This document shows, piece after piece, positions 21,701-30,710 of a stretch of 30,710 bases of DNA. Made by a program: the position numbers and the translations under genes. The first letter of the stretch is position 1, and each line of letters starts with the position of its first letter. The stretch is from contig LVLI01000294.1 of NCBI GenBank assembly GCA_001687465.1, forward strand, positions 186,001-216,710. The letters are read 5' to 3'. The notes below the pieces were generated by a model. It saw only the letters and a program-made list of their open reading frames with translations. It was not told where the DNA came from and did not search any database. The DNA comes from Halocafeteria seosinensis. Its lineage: Eukaryota.

Positions 21701-24700
21701 CAACGTTCGAACTGTTGAATCTTGGGAGCTCCCATCCAGGTCTACGGTGACAAAAGGAGACGCGTACCCATTAGACTTGGCCGGAACTAAGTGTTTGGCA
21801 CTTTCTAGATAGACTGCCAATCTATTCCCACCGAAATCGAACGCTGCAGGCTCTGATTCGTTTTGTATCAGTTCGGATGCAGCTTTTGTCCCAGAGGCAC
21901 TAGTACGCTTGTCAAGAACCGATGTGCTGTTAGCTTGCTGCTTCTTGAGGAAGTATCTGAGCACGAGATACCACTCTTCTGCTTGATCCGCGCTTTCTGC
22001 AGCAAAGTAAAAGCAGCGACTTTCGTCCATTTTTCCGCCCTTCTTGAACCAATGAGGGCAATCCAGTTGTAAAACATTGGCTACGGCAAACTCCCCTTCT
22101 TGAACCTTCTTGATCGAAGCACCTTGGAGAGGCACTATCTGAACAGGTCGTTCTCCTTTCTGCGAACCCCTTTCCTCTTTGAACATCGATAGTTTCTCAG
22201 AGTCCATTTCTACCCATCTCCACTTCCAAATTTTCTTCCCGAAAAAGCTTTTCGTCGTATCCACATTTTTCCGGACGTTTGCCCAACCCGCCTGAAACGT
22301 CGTTGTCGAAGAGCGCTGTACCATCTGGTCGAGCTTAGCCCGCGTAACCGCCTCTTTCTCTTTCATTAAAGATTCCTGAATAGACTTATCTAGATTCTTT
22401 CGCTGCTCCGCTAACACACGAAGGCGCACCGTGTCACTGACGAAAGAGTGGGTGAATTCGTATTGTGGCTCTATTGAAGATTCCGAGCCCACAGTGGGCT
22501 CAACGAGGGATCGGATAATATATCCCTTGCTTTCAAGTTTCTGAAGCAATTGCGGTAACTGGGAACGGAGCGAGTCCATGGGGAAACTGTCATATAGCAC
22601 GCTGAACTTAAAAACCTGCTGAAATAGCTGTGCTACATTTTGCGGAGTAGCGGCCGGATTTGGCGAACCTGGGGCCTGTCCACTTCCTTCTTGTGGAGTT
22701 TTGTCTCCATCGCTTAGGCTCAGCCTCTCCTGCCCCGTTTTCCGCTTGTCTTGCATATTATGGTGAGCAATTATTGACCCTACTTTGAGTAACAGCTGCT
22801 CATGCGGCTCCAGACGATCAACTTGCATACCAAGATTCTTGTGGGTCATCCGACAAAAAGGTACCAGCGTGCGCAATCCATTGACAAGCTTTAAAATCCC
22901 ACCCTTTCCAAAATCTGAGCCTTTGCTAAACAGATCATTCCTATCTTCTGTACTGGTACTACGCTTGGGCTGAGAGGCAGTGCGTCCCCGCTTCCTTATT
23001 TTCTCTTTAGCAAATAGAGGGAATGGGACGAGGTGGGTGCCCTTTTCCACAGTGACTCTATCCTCGTCTTCCGGGTCATCAGGTTCAACAATAACTCGCT
23101 GTTTGTTGATAAGGTTGATTATAACTTCTTGTATCATCAGAGGGTTTCCCTGGGCCTTCCCTTCCACCAGATCGAGCAGCTGTCTAGAGAGAGCTCCATG
23201 CCATTGACAGCAAGATGCAACCAACACCTGGGAATCTCGTCGAGGGAGGCGGGATAGCCGAATAAAATTAACGAACGGGGCTTCCAGCATTGCACTATAG
23301 CTAGAAGGCGGTTCCGGGGTTATGGTGTCCAAGTATTGAGATATTGGGCGAGTCCCTAGGACTAGAGACAAAGGCAGGGACCCCGGTTGTCCCTTGGGAG
23401 CATCGCACGCGGCCGCCAGCTGCGAGACAGGAGTTTAGTGGCAACACAAAGTATGTCAAGATGGGTTGCGCAGATTTACTTACTTCTAAGGCAATATCCC
23501 ACGACTCCGCGTGCATATATAAGGCATCGTCAATAATAATTACAGCCGGTTGGCTACTTACGATTGACCTTAGTAGTGCGAGAATGAGCGACTTCATGAC
23601 TTGCTTCTTAACTGCAGTGGTCAAATTTGATCCAACGGTAGTGGCGGGAATCTCAGTTCCCAGTAGTTCGTTTACAAAGGAAAACATCGAAGATAAGCGA
23701 GGGTCTGGGGCATATTCATGAAGAAGTTCGCGCGCAACCTCAGTCCTGGAGGAGTCTCCACGCTCATTGACCAGCTTGTCCAGATACTGGGAAAGGATGC
23801 TACCCCAGACTGAATACCGTTCAGTCCTAGTAAAGGGACTTCCATTTGAGCAAAAAATGGAAGTCTTTCCGGTCATCATTTTCGTAAATTCTCGTAGTAA
23901 AAACGTTTTCCCGCAACCACTTGGGCCTTCAAGTACCACGCAGCTTCCTTGGTTGCTGCAGTACAGTTGCATTTTTGATAACAAAAGCGCTTGCTTCGCC
24001 GCATAATGCCGTGACTGGAGCATTGCCGCGTCTCTAGCTCTCACAAGAACAAAAGGCCACGGTTTCATTCCTTTGGCCAGCTCCGGATATTCCATGATAT
24101 CTTGAAGCTCCGTGATAAAAATGGACACCCATCTCGTGTCCATATCCAATCGCGGCAAGAACATTTGGCTACCCTTGAACAAAAGCAAAAATTCCTTATC
24201 GTCAGCGCTCTTATCCAATAAACTCAGCGACTTCGCCATATCAGTAGCACTCTTCACTAGCGAATTAAGTGTAAGATCTTCGCCATTGACCTCCAATGCT
24301 TCTGGAAAGTCGCGCAAAGCGTCATACTTAATTTCTTTTGTCAAATAGTCACCGTCTTGGAGGCCATTGGGGATCTGAATAGTGAGAGATCCTACTTCTG
24401 GTATAGTTGTAAATGTGTATCGCGGTGGAGAGTTTAGAAGTAGAACTTCTGTAATGGTCTTCGCAAGGGGGGCTGGGGGAGTCCGAGGTATCATCGACAA
24501 ATACAATGGCTCCGAAAAATTCATCAGATTAGCTCCTTCTGATTTCTTTAAGCGCGGTGTTTTAAAGGAAGGGCTGGCAGATTTCTTTTCCTCAGCTCTA
24601 GCCATCACTTCCCCTGGATCAGATCGAGGAGGGGGAGGGTCTACATAATGTAGGTGTAGATTCGAAAACTCATGGTATTTCTTAAGCTGTTCCAGGTAAT

Positions 24701-26282
24701 TGGTGTGATAGGACGACATATTCGAATCGTTGTTTTCAGTATCGACGATTGGCTGGTAGATCTTTATAGGCATTGTCTTTCCTTTAACGTATATCGCATC
24801 CAGCTTCTTGAAGGACAAGCCATTCTGGCTGCCCTTCATTATTTCCTCATCGACAAGCACTCCACCACCCGTTTGGCATGCGCGTTGCATCAACCTGGCG
24901 GAGAGGTTAACAGTGTCGCCAAGCACGCTGTACTCCTTCCGGGTAGTTGAGCCCGCAACGCCACAGAAAACAACACCAGTGGTTATACCAATCGAAGCAG
25001 TGAGTCCAAGTTCCCATAATCGGTCGCATATAGCTAAGCCACAAAGAACACCTCTTGTGGAGTCGTCCTCGTGAGAAAGAGGGGGCAGACCAAAAACTGC
25101 AATCAAAGTAGATCCCTTATCATCCATCAGAAACTTATTAACCGAGCCTTCATATTGGTATACAGAACGCTGAACAGCGACCAAAACTTGATGGGACCGT
25201 TGCATAGCGTCATCATATTGCGCTGCAGCAAGTAAATCATGCTCTTTCAGTCCTAAATTGACAAATAAAACACAAGCGTTTCGAAGATCACCACCCCAAG
25301 ATTCCAAATCGGGACAGTCAGGGGAGATCCAAGGTAGAATAGCGCCTGGCAAATAACTTCGTAGAAGCCTTTCCAGTTCGGGGCCATGGGTATCCAGGTC
25401 ATCCAAGCCCATCTTTTTCATCATGTAAACCTTTCCCATTTTTGTTAATTTGTGTTTGATAGGCCCTGCAGCAAAGTGGATAGGTGCTCGTTCCTAAACC
25501 TCCAGGTTAGGTAGCAAACAGCCTGTCGGACGAATGGCTTACCTTCCTGATTGCTTTCTTCGGGAGAAATCCCAACGCCATCTCTTGTTAACCGGACGGC
25601 ACCGGATTCCATCACATTAAGAGGGTTAAAATACTTTTCGATCATTGACCACGCTTCAGCGGAAACTATAACCTCTCCTCCAGCTTCAGCGTGGTGCTCC
25701 GCTTCGAAAGCCTGGACTAAGGGTTCACCAACAGCAACATATTCCATTCTGTTAAGTACACCTCCTAAATGCAGTACGGACACGTTTCCAACGCCTATAC
25801 CAACTTTCACACTAAGGGTAACTCCTTCTGCCAGGGCGGCTTTATGCAAGGACTCTTGAATAGCTAAAGCACACTGTGCAGCGCGTCGAGCTCGAAGTTC
25901 GAGTTCATCTACATCTGGCCATAGAATGATCATAGCATCTCCAGCAAACTTGAAGATATCCCCACCTTCCGAGGCGATGAGCTTTACCATCTGGCTAAAG
26001 TACGAGTTGAGATGTTTAGCAAGGTATTCGGCGCCTTCTGGTCCATATTTTCCCATGGCTTCACTGAGCGCAGTGAAGCCACTCACATCGGCAAACATAC
26101 ATACTGTGCTATAGCTGCAGAGCCCAAAGACAAGGCAGTGAGATTCTAGTGAGGTGCATCGGTTGTATGAGGAACAGCACTTACTTTTGCCGCGTTGGAG
26201 GGTTATCCGTCGTATCATGGTCAGCCAAATGATGGACGATAAGAGAGGGCAAATAGGAGGCTAAAATCTCCACGAATTTCAT
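18719..26282 (-). CDS. Soluble-adenylyl-cyclase-like double class III cyclase + STAND NTPase + PH + C2 + GYF-like + class I cyclic-nucleotide phosphodiesterase, ~2450 aa, 4 exons
   Basis: Exons 26282-26185, 26114-25543, 25465-23484 and 23419-18719 (7353 nt; frame preserved over three GT-AG introns of 70, 77 and 64 nt). Cyclase: FADVSGFT, KFAGDA, NKFLMDDKG, GDTVNLSARLM. STAND: GPSGCGKT, IIIDDA, GNPL, YEFTH. PH: WKWRW..AESADQAEEW. C2: PRWEQYF..VWDKD. GYF-like: HGPF..IYEW. PDE: YHNFWHAVDV, CHDLEHPG, LENHH, ATDM, HAADI, EFFNQGDRE. Confidence 0.92.
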
Positions 26283-27056
26283 CGTTCAATCAAGAAAGAG
26301 AAATAGGCCTTTTACTCAGCGCGCCCCTCCTTGTCCAAGGAAACAAGGGGAGCAAAGGAATCTCTTTGTGCTCTCTTACACTTCCAAGAATGTGAGGAAA
26401 GACTTAACAGATCGGCACCAATAACACAGATACAAAATTACGGCTGAGGAGAGCAAAGAGATGGATAATCAGCTAGAATTCACCCGTACCCGCGGTACTG
26501 CCCAGGCTCCAGCTCGCCCCAAGTCTTATTCTCTGTGAGGTACCCATTCCACTGCCAGTTTGGCGTCTAAAGTACATCAACGCAGTGGAGTCTCTAGCTG
26601 GTGTACCTCCACACATTAAGCAGCCCGCACAACAACACTTGTCGACTCAGACAATGCGAGTGTGATTCCCTTTGCGACAGTTGTAGCCGGCAGGGTCCGG
26701 AACGGAAGCCAACCGCGCGGTCCCCGGCTGGAAGTATGCAACCCCAATTAAGCGTCAGCACCGATCTGGGGAGCACTTTTCTTAGAAAAACATAGAGCAA
26801 TATCGCATCACCACAAAAACGAAGATCAGAAAGGTGCTATTTGGCATCGCATGGCTTTTAGTCTCGATGGCGCCAAAATGGTGGCGGGGTTGGNGATTGA
26901 TGACAGCAGGGAACTGACTGGTAGGAATACTCGTAGCGTCGTGTTATTATAAAAAAGTGCACAAGTTGCCGCTATACAGACATGGAGAAAAAGAACAATT
27001 ATCGCCCTTCCAGTGGTTCTCAACGTGGAGCGAGAGGGCACCACGTCTACGGCACA

Positions 27057-28661
27057 TTATTGAAAAACCCGTTCCCCAACGGAGTTCATAGAAACTACAA
27101 GTAAGAATTTGAGATCTGACAACAAGTAATTCATCGCTTGCGTCCATAACACTTTATCTGTAGACCGAATAGTTACACCGCCGATTCTGTCATCCTCAAT
27201 CGGGTAGGGGATGTTTAAGTCCGAGTACTTCGGCAGCCGATGCTCTACCAGCGACTGGACACAATGAAGCAATTTCACTAGAGCTTTGTCTAAACGCTTC
27301 CTTTTCGAGTTATTTTCGCAGTATCTGCAAGAAATGAAAGGATAAACGAATGGCTGTCAAATAAAGAGAATTTGTAATAATGAACGTACAAAGGATCGGC
27401 GTTTTGCTCATCGCCATGACGAGCTACTGTGGAGAAACTACCCATCGGAATAACGATGTACGGTTCCAACCGATACTCCAGTCTGTTAGCCACAACCAAT
27501 AACATTAAAGCGGCATGGCCCAGAGCGGCATTTACTTCTCTCCAGTCTAACTCATGACTGGGTAAGAGTCCTATACGCAAGTTATTGATGGTAGCCATGC
27601 TTCCGTAATGCCAAATGAAGAACGCATCGTTTGTGGCGTCTAGTTGTTGCAATTTAAGAAGCTGCAAAGATAGAGGCTTAATTGCTTTATCTAACAACAA
27701 AGTGGAGACGGTAACACTCCTCCATTAACTTACCCATCTGCTGAGTACTCTTGTTCGAATGCGATAACTCGAGTGCTGATCCGCAAGTTTCGACCTGTAG
27801 CTGGCCAGGGTTCTACTCAACTCCCACACTCTGTATTGAAACATAGGAGTAAACCATTAGTAAAAAAAGACGTATATGACGTATGTCAATGTCTCCACGT
27901 ACTGGTCGTATTTACGTTTAAGTTCATACTCCCGCTGTGCCTCTTTCTTCTTTTCTTCTAATAATTTTTGCTTCCGCTCTTTCAGCTCCTTAATCTCTTG
28001 CTCCAGTCGTCTTTCTTCATCAGTAAGCGCTTGCTGAGCCACAAATCAAGGCAATAAAATTGAACTCGGTATAGGAACGACACGGCTTTACGGAAGAAGC
28101 ACCCACCAATGAGTTTTCTGGCGAACTTGTATAAATATCTTCGAACGAGTATTCTAAGCTATCTTCAAAGCTACCTCCAGAAGTGGCGGCTTGATACATG
28201 TCGAGCAATTTATCCGTCATCATAAGGGAGTGTTGCTCACTGTAATCAAACTCTAATTCCGAAAGAGTCTGCTCAAACGTCGAATCAGTCTCACATGCCA
28301 CTTTGTTTCGAAAGGATTCCCAGGAGGAGTCTGGCTTGGTGTATTCCCAGGTCACCAGGTATTGAGCCCGAAAATCTAGGCCCGACGCAAAGCCTCTTGT
28401 TGCATACTCTAGCTCGGCATCATCTATCCATGCCGCCCTCATTGGCCGATGATACAGCCGGTTCTGTGTACTCTCTCCGTCTGTGTTTTGCTGGGTTGGT
28501 CGACTATGATCCGTAGGAGGCTGCGGCGGACGAACTCCCTCGGAGTGTCGTGGAGACGAGTGTGCTGTTTCACTTCGTGTGGTTGCATTCGTCTCAGCTT
28601 GAAGGTCCTGGGAGACTTGGGAGGCATTTGTGCCTAATTTCTGTTGTGGAGTGCTGTTCAT
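27057..28661 (-). CDS. ATG6: ATG6/Beclin-1 (VPS30) homolog, multi-exon
   Basis: BARA-domain motifs NDAFFIWHYGSMATINNLRIG, WREVNAALGHAALML, IVIPMGSFS, IPYPIEDDRIG and WTQAMNYLLSDLKFLL, preceded by a coiled-coil exon (EERRLEQEIKELKE). The 5' end is uncertain. Confidence 0.88.
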
Positions 28662-28992
28662 TGCGTGTCTACGGAGGACAATGTATCCATACTAGCAGCC
28701 TATTAAAGGGCCATACACCACTGATTAGTTTCAGTGGAAATAAGGACACTGTAGGGATATCACTATGCAACAAACATAGACACTATATTGACACAAGGGT
28801 CCACTTCGTCAACTTGTCGGGCAGCCCCATCTTCAATGTTTAACAAGGCAAGGCTCTCTGATAGTATTTATTAGAGTCTCTCAGGACTGTATCGTCCCAT
28901 TTTACGAATGTAATTACTCTGTTGTATATTGACCTTTTTCATTCATTTCTGTATAAGGTATAAAAAGTGGAACCCAAACATTTACTAGCAAA

Positions 28993-29531
28993 ATGCCACT
29001 GCCGAGACACATTAGAAAGCCGGCGAACAGACGCAGCACCATCCCAAGGTAAGTAAGCACCACTCGTGCGGCGCACATGTACGATGGACCTTAGTTTTGT
29101 CAACATTTCTCCGTGTCAATTTTACCTCTTTCAGGCCTCACCAAGGCAGGCCTGAATTCCCTGCAAAAGTATTGCATGCCAAACCAGGCACGAAGGAAGT
29201 CGAGTTATACACAGCCTACAAGGGCCCCGGACAAGGAGCTTTAAGGTATGAGTACAGTGGCTCTGTTTGCGTCAGAAGCCGAACGCTAATGAGGTATTAG
29301 TTGGCTTCGTTCCTACGCAGGACATGGATCAGGACCTACCTCCCGTCCCTACGCTATCATAACCAGGAAATAATATGGAGGCATAAAGGAAAGCAGGAAG
29401 GCGATGCCACTATTCGAATTGTTTCAGACTCAGGGGAGAAAACACTTAATGTGACACAGGAGAAGATGTCGCACGGTCAAATTTTTGAAGCATTAGTGCA
29501 GAGCTCACCCACCGATCAGGCAGAGAGGTAA
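28993..29531 (+). CDS. L51/S25/CI-B8 family mitochondrial ribosomal protein (mS25/mL61-like), 3 exons
   Basis: Exons 28993-29048, 29135-29245 and 29321-29531. GPGQGALRTWIRTYLPSLRYHNQEI resembles the GAR.F....LP.LKY.NP family motif. Basic N-terminus. Confidence 0.65.
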
Positions 29532-30060
29532 AACGCGCAGATATAGTGAGTCGGTGCGTGACTACCACTGGGAGAGTCTTAACGAGAGACCAGAGTGAGT
29601 GATCTACAAATTCTTGAGCATTTTCCCATTCTACCGACAGTTCTGTGCGGTCCGATGCCGACGGACCGATGGCAGCCTGCACCCAGGGATGCTTGCGCAA
29701 CTTGCTGTAGTGTGTCAATATACATTATAACCATCCGTGGTGAAAGATTTTATATTAAATTGGTACCCGTTTGGTGGCCTTTATCAGCTTTTCCGGTATG
29801 TAGATCTCAATCATTTGAATAGTATGCTTCACAGCCGGGCAAAGGTGTCGTGGGGGCTAATTCTGGTGCTAACGCCGCGACGCCGACATCGAACGGTCTG
29901 TGAGTTCAACTCGATTATCCGAACAATCGCGAATCAAAAATGTACTCTGTTGCACCATATGTATTTTGGGTGTGAGTTCAAGATAAACGCGACACGGTAT
30001 GAAGTGGTCGAGAAAAAACCAGAAAAGTATTGGGCGTATGTGGGCGTATGCAGCCGATGA

Positions 30061-30710
30061 ATCCCGGAAGAGGAGCGCGCTCAAGTGTTCGCTGTAGATC
30101 TGTGGAACAAAGACTTCATTGTGCGCCTGTACGAGCATTTCGGATGCAACGACACGGCCGAGGCGTATCGGGTAGGTCACGTCCACATTCTCCATCCTAC
30201 CTCAGGTATCTAATTCGTGGCGCAATCCGAATGTGCAGAACTTGGAAGGATCAGTGCTGGATAGGTTCTGTTCTAACTTTTCTACTGATAGGTCAACTGA
30301 AGATGGTTATTGCAAAGACTTCTCCCACAGAATCACGCCAGTCAATTATCCTGCATTTCACGCTGTCGGAAAGATGGCACACTTGGGTGTGTATCCCGAG
30401 TTAATATACGTTGATTGTGATCTGGAATATTCTCGGTTAAAGAATCTACTGGTGCTAATTATGGACAAGGTTTGGAACCGCAACCGTTGCCACATTGTAG
30501 GTGGTGGCTGGGGTGTGTCCAAGGTTAGTCAATTTGTTTGGCTACAACCTCCATATGAGTTGAAACAAATTCGTTGGCACGCAGGGTGTGCGCAAGGCGG
30601 CGACAGAAATAGCCACAGAGTGGGGGATGAGGCTGCACGTGGAGCAAGGGCAGTGTTGGACATTTTCAGGGGTATACATAAAAACAACCAAAAATAATTC
30701 TGATGATATC
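30061..30710 (+). CDS. Partial class I SAM-dependent methyltransferase-like protein (Methyltransf_24-like); 5' structure unresolved, runs off the window
   Basis: Introns 30172-30238 and 30524-30584 join VFAVDLWN...VLDRFCSNF...PELIYVDCDLEY...HIVGGGW..GVRKAATEIA, which follows the order of Rossmann methyltransferase motifs. Confidence 0.5.

Noticed and set aside
18719..26218. Three separate genes, as in the ORF track (257, 712 and 1550 aa)
   Set aside because: Canonical short introns join them in frame, and the breaks fall inside the cyclase and STAND modules.
26300..27050. Small ORFs and an ambiguous base (n at 26894) upstream of the cyclase gene
   Set aside because: No coding signal. Polypyrimidine-AG tracts suggest 5' UTR introns or promoter, and the n is an assembly ambiguity.
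9963..29531. Functional cluster of three mitochondrial genes, two from the same fold family
   Set aside because: They are highly divergent and interspersed with unrelated genes, so chance in a compact genome explains it.
29446..30195. Minus-strand ORFs with a kinase-like YSKLRKHPW fragment
   Set aside because: No other kinase motifs, no consistent splice path, and overlap with plus-strand genes.
1..30710. Prokaryotic operon or defence system (e.g. Pycsar/CBASS-like), CRISPR, tRNA/rRNA, transposon
   Set aside because: Spliceosomal introns and eukaryote-specific genes throughout. No repeat-spacer array, cloverleaf, transposase or terminal repeats were seen by eye.

Overview
Gene-dense eukaryotic DNA with short GT-AG introns (mostly ~58-80 nt). 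It looks like a compact protist genome; a stramenopile-like heterotroph is a guess from gene content and style only. About 13 protein-coding genes can be reconstructed by hand: an ASCH-domain protein, an ankyrin-repeat protein with one repeat per exon, a signal-peptide tandem-SET protein, UNC-50, two L51/S25/CI-B8-family mitochondrial proteins, an mS45/Bot1-like protein, a URC1/Urg1-type GTP cyclohydrolase, a C2HC zinc finger/CAP-Gly protein, an orphan membrane protein, ATG6/Beclin-1, a partial methyltransferase-like gene, and the standout gene. The standout is a single 4-exon gene of ~2450 aa on the minus strand (18719-26282). It fuses a soluble-adenylyl-cyclase-type double class III cyclase and a STAND NTPase to PH, C2, GYF-like and class I phosphodiesterase domains, so one chain may both make and destroy cAMP. 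No RNA genes, CRISPR arrays or mobile elements were recognised. All family calls come from motif recognition by eye, not from database searches.
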